Of a DNA stretch of 64,000 nt, positions 1-8,998 are shown piece by piece. The notes under the pieces were generated by a model that made no database searches, had not been told where the DNA came from, and saw only the letters and a list, made by a program, of their open reading frames with translations. Numbering within the stretch: the first letter of the stretch is position 1; each line of letters starts with the position of its first letter. The stretch comes from Vicingus sp. (GTDB lineage Bacteria > Bacteroidota > Bacteroidia > Flavobacteriales_E > Vicingaceae), in the NCBI GenBank assembly GCA_036171675.1, contig JAVHRO010000080.1:10413-74412 (forward strand). The letters run 5' to 3'. Position numbers and translations under genes: made by a program.

Positions 1-677
1 AAACAACCCTCTACATCATCACATTAATTTTTATGTCTTGTACATATAGTCAAGAAGATAAAAAAGCAATAGTTATTCCTATTGAGAATAACTTTACAGC
101 AATAGATATCACCGCTCTTGATAACATCATTTTAGAAAAAGGTACAACGCAAAAAATAGAAATTACCAAAGGGCAAGAGTATCAAAGCCTTTTAAAATAT
201 AGTGTAATCAACAATAAATTGGTTATCTCAAAAGAAAGCACCAAAAAAAATAGGCAAATCCATTTAAAAATTACCTATCAAAATTTGAATGAGTTAAAAT
301 TGGTTAATGTAGCAAATGTATCGTGTGTAAATGCCATCAATACTACCAATCTAACGGCTGCAATACACAATGTTGCCAATGTAACCCTTGCTGTTAATTG
401 CGACCAACTCAACTTAATTTGTACCAATTCGGCAGATTTAACCCTAACAGGGCAATCGAAAACCAACGAAATTGAAGTAAAAAATACAGCCGATTTAGAT
501 TTTTCTAAACTTGTTGTAGAACAAATAAATTTAGTAGCTAAAAATGGTGCAAATGGAAAAATAAATACATCAGGAAAACTTTCTTTGATACTTGAAAATT
601 ATGCTTCATTTTCGGTAAAAGGTTCTCCAACTATCATTAAAAAAGAAGTTAAAAATGTGGCTAATTTTAAAATGTAA
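1..677 (+). CDS. DUF2807 / head GIN domain lipoprotein (5' end just outside window)
   Basis: Repeated N-A/V-x-L beta-helix-like units typical of DUF2807. Frame is open from base 3 (TTLYIITLIFMSC), giving a lipobox, so the real start lies upstream of the track ATG at 33. Confidence 0.75.
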   Translation, partial: TTLYIITLIFMSCTYSQEDKKAIVIPIENNFTAIDITALDNIILEKGTTQKIEITKGQEYQSLLKYSVINNKLVISKESTKKNRQIHLKITYQNLNELKLVNVANVSCVNAINTTNLTAAIHNVANVTLAVNCDQLNLICTNSADLTLTGQSKTNEIEVKNTADLDFSKLVVEQINLVAKNGANGKINTSGKLSLILENYASFSVKGSPTIIKKEVKNVANFKM

Positions 678-730
678 CAATTTATTGATGTGTAGATGTG
701 AAAATGTGTAAATGTGAATATTAGGTATTG

Positions 731-889
731 GTGTCATTCTGAACGATATTTTACAAACTGAGGTACGAAGTTTAGTAGAATGAAGTGAAGAATCTAAATA
801 AAAACAGAATCACTATTATAAACAGATTCTTCACTTCATTTTTCTACCCCGATATTCATCGGGATGAAAAATTTTGTTCGGAATGACAC
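731..889. repeat. REP/MITE-like palindromic element
   Basis: gtgtcattctgaac(731)...gaagtgaagaatct(782-795) is inverted to agattcttcacttc(824-837)...gttcggaatgacac(876-889); same family at 38705-39054. Confidence 0.8.
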
Positions 890-934
890 AAGAAAACAGC
901 ATCTGCGTAAATCTGTGACATCTGCGAGAAAAAA

Positions 935-1090
935 ATGACAAAAAAACAACTTAAATTTACTCCAGAACACGACCAAATCATCGTTTTAAAAGATGGTAAA
1001 ATGTTAGAGATAGGTCATCACCAACAATTGGTTGCCGATAAAAACTACTACTTCAATCTAGTTAAAAACCAATTGGAGTTAGGTAATTAG
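935..1090 (+). pseudogene. C-terminal remnant of an ABC transporter (peptidase-domain ABC exporter-like)
   Basis: Translates ...DQIIVLKDGKMLEIGHHQQLVADKNYYFNLVKNQLELGN*, the post-H-loop tail of an ABC ATPase; no Walker motifs remain. Confidence 0.7.
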
Positions 1091-1111
1091 TTCCTCTTTT
1101 TTCCTTAAATC

Positions 1112-1125
1112 GTGATGAATATCAT
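1112..1125. promoter_or_regulatory. Putative FNR/CRP-family operator
   Basis: gTGAT-gaat-ATCAt resembles TTGAT-N4-ATCAA; about 80 bp upstream of the 2Fe-2S fragment. Confidence 0.35.
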
Positions 1126-1201
1126 TTTAATTTAAGTTCTATTTATTGAATTTTACGAGTCTTCAACATTTTCAAATGTTGGAGGGTTAAAATTCATTAC
1201 T

Positions 1202-1340
1202 ATGCAAATCATCAAATTAATCGTTAACGGAAAAGAACACAATGTAATTGTTGAGCCACACGAAACATTGGCTCACGTTTTACGAGAAAATTTGTGTTGC
1301 TATAGACGGTAAAAATGCTCTTTTTTGGAGTTGACCCAAA
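1202..1340 (+). pseudogene. Truncated (2Fe-2S)-binding protein (CoxS/XdhC small-subunit-like N-terminus)
   Basis: MQIIKLIVNGKEHNVIVEPHETLAHVLRENL then stop at 1312; VAIDGK follows in a shifted frame; the Cys cluster motif between them is missing. Confidence 0.65.
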
Positions 1341-1522
1341 ACCTATTGTAGGAGAAAGCTTGGTTTCTGTCAACAAACAAGAACTCGTTAAAAAAGAATC
1401 AAAGGCTCTCGTTTAGTTGATATCTATTCCAAAAAGTAAAAAAGAGAAATGATATGAGTATATTTGAATAGAAGTTTTGAAAAATTAATAAATGAAACTC
1501 GTGGTGTATTTGATAAAAATTT

Positions 1523-1565
1523 GTCCATTCGAGTGTCTCGCAGTATTACGGGATGTATCGAAACC
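1523..1565. repeat. REP-like repeat, copy 1
   Basis: gtccattcgagtgtctcgcagtattacgggatgtatcga, near-identical to 25109-25151. Confidence 0.65.
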
Positions 1566-1672
1566 ACAGCGTAGCATCAACCGAATAAAGTGAGTTCACG
1601 AACACCTATAAAAAAATAAGCCCAAATGCACTTCGGGTTAAAGGAAAAATAATTGTTGTAAAAATAAATAAA

Positions 1673-2200
1673 ATGGAAAACAATCCAATTAAAGTAATGT
1701 ATGATGAACATTTCATCATTAAAAAAGCAGAAAAAACAATTGGCAGTATTGATTGTTTATGGGAAAAAGACGCCCCAAGGTACATTGAAGTAATAACACA
1801 ACTGATCGATTTTTTTAGAAACTATTCCGATGGTTATCATCATCATAAAGAAGAGGGCATTTTATTTCCTGCCATAAAAGACCATCCTGATTTTGTGTTG
1901 CAAGAAATGATTGATGAATTTAATGAGCACCATAATTCTTTTAGAGAATATACAAGGGATATTGTAGAAGCAATCGATAATAATGAATTTCCAAAATCGT
2001 ACAATCTTTTGCAGGAATATTTTAACGATTTGCTCGACCATATTGCTGCAGAAGATGAAGAATTGTTTGTTTTGGCTGAAAATTTAATGAGTGATGACGA
2101 ATTAGAAACCATGTATTTTAAATTTAAAGATGTTGATATGGAATTAGGATTAGAACGTAAAAAATCATACGAGCAAATGATTACTACATTAGAAATTTAA
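1673..2200 (+). CDS. Hemerythrin-like (HHE cation-binding) domain protein
   Basis: HHHKEEGILFP, EH and HIAAEDEELF di-iron ligand motifs. Confidence 0.9.
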   Translation: MENNPIKVMYDEHFIIKKAEKTIGSIDCLWEKDAPRYIEVITQLIDFFRNYSDGYHHHKEEGILFPAIKDHPDFVLQEMIDEFNEHHNSFREYTRDIVEAIDNNEFPKSYNLLQEYFNDLLDHIAAEDEELFVLAENLMSDDELETMYFKFKDVDMELGLERKKSYEQMITTLEI

Positions 2201-2299
2201 GTAAACATAAAAAATCATCTACACGAAAAATCAAGTTTAACATTCAAATTTATTTGGTCAATGCTTTTAGATTGGAATTGAAAAATCAAATCCTTTAAT

Positions 2300-2307
2300 T
2301 AGCTTTG
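2300..2307 (+). promoter_or_regulatory. Bacteroidota sigma-A -7 element
   Basis: TAGCTTTG matches TAnnTTTG, 20 nt before the phnA ATG. Confidence 0.55.
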
Positions 2308-2327
2308 CCCATATTAAATAAAATAAA

Positions 2328-2669
2328 ATGCAAGAAGAAATAACCCCATGTCCACAATGCAAATCGCCTTATGGATATCCAACTGACAATGATTTATTTT
2401 CATGCCCTGAGTGTGGCTTTGAATGGAGTCCGAAAGAACTGGCTGCCGAATACGAATTGGTTGTTAAAGATGCTAATGGAAAAATTTTACAAAATGGCGA
2501 TGATGTAGTAATCGTAAAAGATTTACCGGTAAAAGGATTTCAAAAATCGATAAAAGTAGGAACAAAAGTAAAAAACATTAGACTAGTAGAAGGCGACCAT
2601 AATATCGATTGTAAAGTTGATGGCTTTGGTGGAATGGCATTAAAATCGGAGTTTGTAAAAAAAGCATAG
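2328..2669 (+). CDS. phnA: PhnA/YjdM zinc-ribbon protein
   Basis: CPQC...CPECGFEW zinc ribbon plus KDANG..LQNGD.V..KDL.VKG PhnA domain. Confidence 0.9.
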   Translation: MQEEITPCPQCKSPYGYPTDNDLFSCPECGFEWSPKELAAEYELVVKDANGKILQNGDDVVIVKDLPVKGFQKSIKVGTKVKNIRLVEGDHNIDCKVDGFGGMALKSEFVKKA

Positions 2670-2684
2670 GATAAATAAGTTGCT

Positions 2685-3614
2685 TTGAAAACATCAAAAC
2701 CTTATAACGATTACTCTTCTTTTATAAAGCAAAAATTTAGCGAACGGGTACAAAAAATCTCGCTAGACACTGGTTTTACTTGTCCAAATAGAGACGGCTC
2801 AAAAGGAGTTGGCGGATGTACATATTGCAACAACAATAGTTTTAATCCCTATTATTGCAAACCAAGCAAAAGCATTACTCAACAATTGGATGAAGGCATT
2901 GCTTTTTTTTCAAAAAAATACAAAACACAACAATACTTGGCTTATTTTCAGGCATATACTAATACCTATGCCGATATAACTTTAGTAAAAGAATTGTATC
3001 ATGATGCCATTAACCACCCAGATGTAATAGGGTTAGTGATTGGCACTCGCCCCGATTGTATCAACGAAGAACTCGTTGAATTTTTAGCCGAATTTGCAAA
3101 AACAAAATATATAGCACTTGAATTTGGCGTAGAAAGCACATTAAATAGAACACTCGATTTAATTAACCGTTGCCATACATTTGAAGAAACCAAGCAGGCT
3201 TACGAACTATGTAAAAACAAAGGATTGCATTTAGGAGCTCATTTAATTATTGGGCTCCCTGGCGAAACGCGTGAAGAAATGTTGAACCATGCTGTTGAGG
3301 TTTCTAAATTACCTGTAAACACAGTAAAAATTCACCAGTTACAAATCATAAAACACACGATGATGGCTAAGCAACTTCAGGAAACACCTGAAATGTTTAA
3401 CTTGTTTGAAGCCGATGATTATATCGAATTTATTTGTGATTTTGTTGCCTTACTAAGGCCAGATATTATTATTGAACGCTTTATCAGCGAATCACCACCT
3501 CATTTGTTAGTTGCCCCAAAATGGAATGGATTGAAAAACTTTGAAATGGTTGATAAAATTGAAAAACGAATGAATGAAAGAGGTATTTGGCAAGGGAAGA
3601 ATATAGCAGGCTAA
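2685..3614 (+). CDS. TIGR01212 family radical SAM protein (YhcC-like)
   Basis: GFTCPNRDG..GGCTYC motif, YFQAYTNTY, GTRPDC, HLIIGLPGE; TTG start. Confidence 0.9.
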   Translation: MKTSKPYNDYSSFIKQKFSERVQKISLDTGFTCPNRDGSKGVGGCTYCNNNSFNPYYCKPSKSITQQLDEGIAFFSKKYKTQQYLAYFQAYTNTYADITLVKELYHDAINHPDVIGLVIGTRPDCINEELVEFLAEFAKTKYIALEFGVESTLNRTLDLINRCHTFEETKQAYELCKNKGLHLGAHLIIGLPGETREEMLNHAVEVSKLPVNTVKIHQLQIIKHTMMAKQLQETPEMFNLFEADDYIEFICDFVALLRPDIIIERFISESPPHLLVAPKWNGLKNFEMVDKIEKRMNERGIWQGKNIAG

Positions 3615-4717
3615 CCCAATTTATACATTTTTCCTGGTAACGATTTTACAACACCTTTAAATTCCATTTGAAGTAATAACGACGAAGTTTTGCTCATGGG
3701 AAATTTGGTTAATAGAGCCATATCGTCAATCGCAATTTTTTCATGTTGTTGAATTACAGCTATTATTTTTTTTTCATCATTATTTAATTCAACAAACAAA
3801 TTTATCTGTTTATTGCTAATTGGCTTGTCGGCTTCCCAACCCATAATATATTCAACATCTTTTACCGATTGAATTAAATGTGCCTTGTTTTGTTTAATTA
3901 AGTCATTACATCCTTCCGATTGGGTATCCGTTATTTTTCCAGGTAGGGCAAAAACATCTCGGTTGTAGTCATTCGCTAAATTGGCAGTAATTAACGAGCC
4001 ACCTTTATTACTCGACTCTATAACAATGGTAACATCAGCCATTCCTGCAACAATTCTATTTCTTTTTGGAAAATTTTCACGATCGGGTTTCGTGCCACTT
4101 TTAAATTCTGATACCAAACCTCCTTGTTCTAGCATTTGTTTTGCTGTAGATCGGTGTATGTTAGGATAAATTTTGTCTAAACCATGAGCCAACACACCAA
4201 CGGTAGATAACTTATTTTTTAGAGCGGCTTTGTGAGCACAAATATCAATTCCAAATGCCAATCCACTTACAATAAGCGGTTGGTGTGGAACAAGATCTGC
4301 TATTAATTTTTCACAAAACTCTTTCCCATAATCGGTAGCATTTCTGGTTCCAACTATGCTAATTATTTTTGAAGCATTGAAATCAATATTTCCTAATGAA
4401 AACATCACAAGTGGTCCATCCTCACAAAAAGTTAATCGTTTTGGATAATGTTCATCTAAAAAGGTAAGAGCATTGATGTTGTTTTTTTCGATAAATACCC
4501 ACTCAGTCTCAGCAATGGAAAGGGCTTCAGTTTTATGTTGTAAAATATTTTGGGCATTAACAGCACCAATGCCCGGAATTTTTTCGAGTAACGATTTTTT
4601 CTCCTTAAAAACATGTTCAGCACTGCCGCAATAAGCAATTAACTTTTTTGCGGTAATACTTCCAATGTTAGGAATTTCGGTTAATGCAATAAAGTAAACG
4701 ATTTCTTTTTTATTCAA
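3611..4717 (-). CDS. dprA: DNA-processing protein DprA
   Basis: IVGTR, IVSGLAFGIDICAH, FPKRNRIVAG, GGSLITA, C-terminal winged helix (LLQMEFKG). Confidence 0.95.
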   Translation of the reverse strand: MNKKEIVYFIALTEIPNIGSITAKKLIAYCGSAEHVFKEKKSLLEKIPGIGAVNAQNILQHKTEALSIAETEWVFIEKNNINALTFLDEHYPKRLTFCEDGPLVMFSLGNIDFNASKIISIVGTRNATDYGKEFCEKLIADLVPHQPLIVSGLAFGIDICAHKAALKNKLSTVGVLAHGLDKIYPNIHRSTAKQMLEQGGLVSEFKSGTKPDRENFPKRNRIVAGMADVTIVIESSNKGGSLITANLANDYNRDVFALPGKITDTQSEGCNDLIKQNKAHLIQSVKDVEYIMGWEADKPISNKQINLFVELNNDEKKIIAVIQQHEKIAIDDMALLTKFPMSKTSSLLLQMEFKGVVKSLPGKMYKLG

Positions 4718-4806
4718 TGGAAGCTAATATTTAGAATGGTAAAAATAATAATTAGATTTACGACATAAAAAATTGATGAGCACAAATAATCTAATTTGTT
4801 GTTTTT

Positions 4807-4814
4807 CAAAACTA
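4807..4814 (-). promoter_or_regulatory. Bacteroidota -7 element for dprA
   Basis: TAGTTTTG on the minus strand about 90 nt upstream of the dprA start. Confidence 0.4.
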
Positions 4815-4818
4815 TAGT

Positions 4819-5556
4819 ATGATGCAAAAATGCTGTATAATAGTTCCATGTTACAATGAAGGGGATCGAATTCTAGAAGAAGAATTTGTTTCTTTCGTAA
4901 ATGAATATCCTACATTTACAATTCTTTTCGTGAATGATGGTAGTAGCGACCATACCTTAGCAAAAATTGAACAATTAGCTAAAAAAACTACCCGAATTAA
5001 AATTAGTTCACTCGAACAAAACTCAGGAAAGGCGGCAGCCGTTAGATTTGGTGTTTTAGAGGCATTAAAAGATGAAGGATTCACCTATTTTGCATTTTTA
5101 GATGCTGATTTAGCCATTCCATTTTCGGAGTTTTTGAGATTATACCATATTACATTAATTAACAAGGAGTTAATGTTTACTTTTTTGTCAAAGATAAGAA
5201 GAGCAGATGCCGAAGTTAAACAATCTTACAAAAGATTTTTAATGGGACGAATATTGTCGTTATTTGCTAGATTCAGTCTAAAATTACCAGTTTATGACAC
5301 GCAATGTGGTTGCAAATTAATGAACAGAGAAATAGCCGAATTGGTTTTTTCCAAGCCTTTTATTAGCGCTTGGTTATTTGATATCGAAATTTTTTGGAGA
5401 ATTTTAAACCAAAAAAACCAGCTCTATTTTAAAACGAATACCCTAGAAGTTCCTCTCAACAAATTAATGGATAGGGGAAGTTCTAAGGTAAGTGGAAAAG
5501 CAATATTTAAGTTGCCTTTCGAGTTTATTAAAATACATCGAACATATTCAAAATGA
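4819..5556 (+). CDS. Glycosyltransferase family 2 (polyprenyl-phosphate glycosyltransferase-like)
   Basis: IVPCYNE, VNDGSSD, NSGKAAAVR, FLDADL, DTQCGCK, WLFDIE. Confidence 0.9.
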   Translation: MMQKCCIIVPCYNEGDRILEEEFVSFVNEYPTFTILFVNDGSSDHTLAKIEQLAKKTTRIKISSLEQNSGKAAAVRFGVLEALKDEGFTYFAFLDADLAIPFSEFLRLYHITLINKELMFTFLSKIRRADAEVKQSYKRFLMGRILSLFARFSLKLPVYDTQCGCKLMNREIAELVFSKPFISAWLFDIEIFWRILNQKNQLYFKTNTLEVPLNKLMDRGSSKVSGKAIFKLPFEFIKIHRTYSK

Positions 5557-7727
5557 GGGGGAACCTTAAAAATATTTTTCTAGATTTTTACCAACAACAT
5601 AAATATCCTATTTGGTTGGTGGTAATTGTTCTGCTCACACTGTATCCCTTTAGTTTGTTTTTATATATCCCGAAATGGGATAATATTAATGGATACCTAC
5701 CCTACCGATATTTTATAAGCGACTATTTGTGGAATGGACATTTACCACTCTGGAATCCATTTCAACGGTTTGGTTATCCGGGTTATGCAGACTTACAAAG
5801 TGGTTGCTGGTATCCAATTGTATGGGTTTTGATGTTGTTTGGGAAGTACAATATTACCTCCTTAATGGTTGAATTACTAATTACTTTTTTGGTTGCTGGT
5901 CTTGGTATGTTTACCTTAAGTAATTATGTTCATGAATGCAAAAAAACAGCATTAATTATTGGTATTAGTTATGCACTTTCTGGGTTTATGGTTGGTTCAA
6001 CACAGTTAATGGTGTTTTTAATTGGAGTGGCTTGGTTGCCTTGGTGTATTTGGGCAATATTAAATTTTTTCAGCACATTTAATTATAAATATATTTTATG
6101 GTCGGCTGTTTTTGTTTCAATGCAAATTACCGGAGCTAGCCCTCAATTTACCATTATACTAGCGTACATTTTTGTGGGAATCTTCCTATATAATTTTTGG
6201 AAAAATAAAGCCAAAATTTATCAATTGAAATCAATTATTGTTGGCGGAATACTCCTTGTTTTAACAATGATAATTTTTTTACTACCCTATATTCAGTCGT
6301 TTTTAGAATTTTCACCATATTTTAATCGGGTAGATAAATTAGCTTATCAAGGCTTTTTGATTTCCAACCCTTTTGTGTTTAGCGACTATATTTCATTTGT
6401 TTTTCCATATTCTGTTATTTCAGATTGTGAACATTTTAAAATCACCGACCTTTCCCTCCGAAACGCCTATATTGGCATTGTTGGATTAGCTGCGTTTATC
6501 GTTACACTTACTCAGCTTAATACAAAGAACAACTATTTTTTTCCATTGCTGCTGGCCATTATTGTGTCTTTAATTATTGCATTGGGCGATGAATGTTTTA
6601 TTTATAAGTATTTGTATCATCTTCCTGGTTTTGGATTGTTTAGACACCCTTCTTTTTTTAGAGCCTACACCATGTTCTCTATGCTTTTATTAGCTGGTTT
6701 TTCAATTAAAGAAATGTTATATAAGGATACTTTTTCAGTACTCCAGAAACGTGTATTAATGTTATTAACGGGGTTATTTGTGTTAATGTTAGTGGTTGTA
6801 TTTAGCAAAACCTCAATAGCAGAAATTATTGAAAATATTAATCAACTACTCTTATTGACGGAAATACATACCACCAAAATTTATAGTCATTTATTTATCA
6901 ATATTTTGTTACTGTTAATGTTGGGAGCTTTAACCTACTTGCTTGCAAAATTCACTAATCTTTCATTTTTTGGAACAATGTTGTTTTTTATGGTGTTCGA
7001 TTTGGCTATTCAAACAAGATTAACAGCTCCAACAACCATACATTATAACTTTTCTCACAAAGATTTAACTACTTACTTTAATACTCTTCCTAATGACCTA
7101 AATCAACACTACAACAACACGCCATTTAAAAAATTAGACGATACTCAAGGACTTCTTTCTACTAATGGAATTTGGCAGAATGTAGCAACGTTTAACAAAA
7201 CTATTTCAAGCGTTGGAGTAAATCCTATGAGATTTAAAAGTTTTGATTTGGCCGAAGAAAACGGTGTTTTGTCAAGAAATCTGGAAAACCCTATTTTATT
7301 TTTTCCAACCCAAGTTTATCATCCAAACGACACCTTAAAGTCTGGGTTTATTTGGGATACACCTGCTCCGGTACTAATTGTTGAAAATAGTACTTCGTTA
7401 GAAAACATTAACGTTGGTTATAATCAATTTTCTGCATCCATTTCAAACACTTCAAAAAATGAACAATGGTTGGTATTAAACCAAAATTACCATCATTTAT
7501 GGAAGGCTTTTTATAACGGTAACGAGTTACACATTTCTAAAGTAAACGAAATGGTTATGGGGGTTCAAATACCAAAACAAAGTAGCGGATCTGTTCAGTT
7601 TATATATAATTCGCCTTGGTTAATTTATGCAGCACTAATCAGTATATTTAGTTATTTAATTGTGTTGTATTGGTGGTTCTTGAGCACTAGAAAATCTGCT
7701 GTAGAGCAAAACCAAAACAATAAATAA
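5553..7727 (+). CDS. YfhO-like multi-pass membrane protein (GT-C fold glycosyltransferase)
   Basis: GHLPLWNPFQRFGYP N-terminal motif, many TM helices, C-terminal LVLNQNYHHLWKA..NG domain. Confidence 0.8.
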   Translation: MRGNLKNIFLDFYQQHKYPIWLVVIVLLTLYPFSLFLYIPKWDNINGYLPYRYFISDYLWNGHLPLWNPFQRFGYPGYADLQSGCWYPIVWVLMLFGKYNITSLMVELLITFLVAGLGMFTLSNYVHECKKTALIIGISYALSGFMVGSTQLMVFLIGVAWLPWCIWAILNFFSTFNYKYILWSAVFVSMQITGASPQFTIILAYIFVGIFLYNFWKNKAKIYQLKSIIVGGILLVLTMIIFLLPYIQSFLEFSPYFNRVDKLAYQGFLISNPFVFSDYISFVFPYSVISDCEHFKITDLSLRNAYIGIVGLAAFIVTLTQLNTKNNYFFPLLLAIIVSLIIALGDECFIYKYLYHLPGFGLFRHPSFFRAYTMFSMLLLAGFSIKEMLYKDTFSVLQKRVLMLLTGLFVLMLVVVFSKTSIAEIIENINQLLLLTEIHTTKIYSHLFINILLLLMLGALTYLLAKFTNLSFFGTMLFFMVFDLAIQTRLTAPTTIHYNFSHKDLTTYFNTLPNDLNQHYNNTPFKKLDDTQGLLSTNGIWQNVATFNKTISSVGVNPMRFKSFDLAEENGVLSRNLENPILFFPTQVYHPNDTLKSGFIWDTPAPVLIVENSTSLENINVGYNQFSASISNTSKNEQWLVLNQNYHHLWKAFYNGNELHISKVNEMVMGVQIPKQSSGSVQFIYNSPWLIYAALISIFSYLIVLYWWFLSTRKSAVEQNQNNK

Positions 7728-8906
7728 TACTGTTAAAGTATTGTACTCACGATATAAATTCTCATTCATAGTTAAATTGGTGAATTTATAACAATAGTCA
7801 ACAATCAACCATGCTAAAGAAGTAACTACAGCTAGTAGAAGAATCCTTTTAGAACACATTAAATAAGTGAAAAATGCTGGGGAAATACTTACAGATTCGG
7901 TTAATATTTTTCCAAAAATTGGCAGCACAATTAATATAGGCAGCATCAAAACCCTTGATTCTTCTGCATATGAAGAGATTATTACTAAAATGGTATTGAT
8001 AACAAAAGTGAACCAAAAGGCGGTAATTACTTTGGTTTCATTTGTTAATTTTTTTTGATAATAGGTTATTAAAAAAATAGGTAATAGATAAACTGAAATA
8101 AAGGACAATATTGTTTTGCTTAGATTAATCCATCCAATTAAGTTTTTATGAATTTTAGCAAACTTTTCAGGTAACAATGCTTGTGTTTCTTGCAATAGTT
8201 GTGGGTTAGTTTTGAAAAAATAAAGCAAGTAAATAAAATAAATCAAAACCGGTACGCTAATGATGAACACTTTATAAAAAAATTTCATATTGCTTTTTAA
8301 ACTATTTTTTATTTGAAGGTTCATCATAAATAAAAATATTGCAGGTAGCAGTAGTAGTGAATTTTCTCTTGTAATTGTTGCCAAAGCAAATCCACCAGCA
8401 AAAAGCAAGTTCTTATTCATTTTTAAAAATATCAAACTTATAAAAATGAAAAAATATTGAATGGGCTCATCGTAGGTGGCAATTGGAATAAAATATGCCA
8501 GTAACACCGAAAAACTTGAATAAAATATTAATGTTGACCATAATGCTTGTATCCTTGATAGGGCGTGTAGTTTAGCTAAATAATAGATTAATATCCCATT
8601 GAAAAAAGTGAACAAAAAATTTATACAAACAAATGCTACGCTAATTCTGATATTAAAGCCATTTGCAATCGCTTTTATTAGAAAAGTAGTGATAGGCCTT
8701 GCCTTAAAATCGGGTAAGGTTTGATGAAAATCTACTGCCCATGGCAAAAACCCATCGGTTACAATTATGTTTTCTTTAACTAGAATATTTTGGTCAACAT
8801 AATTAATCATGGTGTTGGTGAAAGTAGAAACGTGTAAATAAAAACTTAACAACGTTAACGTTAAACAGATGGTAAATATCCAAATTGTTTCTTTACTTTT
8901 TTTCAT
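7656..8906 (-). CDS. Multi-pass membrane protein, GT-C/PMT-like
   Basis: About 10 hydrophobic segments with TYDEP and TRENSLLL loops typical of GT-C folds. Confidence 0.6.
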   Translation of the reverse strand: MKKSKETIWIFTICLTLTLLSFYLHVSTFTNTMINYVDQNILVKENIIVTDGFLPWAVDFHQTLPDFKARPITTFLIKAIANGFNIRISVAFVCINFLFTFFNGILIYYLAKLHALSRIQALWSTLIFYSSFSVLLAYFIPIATYDEPIQYFFIFISLIFLKMNKNLLFAGGFALATITRENSLLLLPAIFLFMMNLQIKNSLKSNMKFFYKVFIISVPVLIYFIYLLYFFKTNPQLLQETQALLPEKFAKIHKNLIGWINLSKTILSFISVYLLPIFLITYYQKKLTNETKVITAFWFTFVINTILVIISSYAEESRVLMLPILIVLPIFGKILTESVSISPAFFTYLMCSKRILLLAVVTSLAWLIVDYCYKFTNLTMNENLYREYNTLTVLFIVLVLLYSRFSSAQEPPIQHN

Positions 8907-8947
8907 GAATCGTCAATAAACGAATTTATAGTATGCAAATAAACAAA

Positions 8948-8979
8948 AAAAAGGCTTGGGGTTTCCTCCAAGCCTTTTT
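8948..8979. terminator. Intrinsic terminator downstream of the T9SS cargo gene
   Basis: aaaaaggcttgg-ggtttcct-ccaagccttttt perfect stem with A/T tails. Confidence 0.85.
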
Positions 8980-8998
8980 AAATACAATTTATAAGTAA

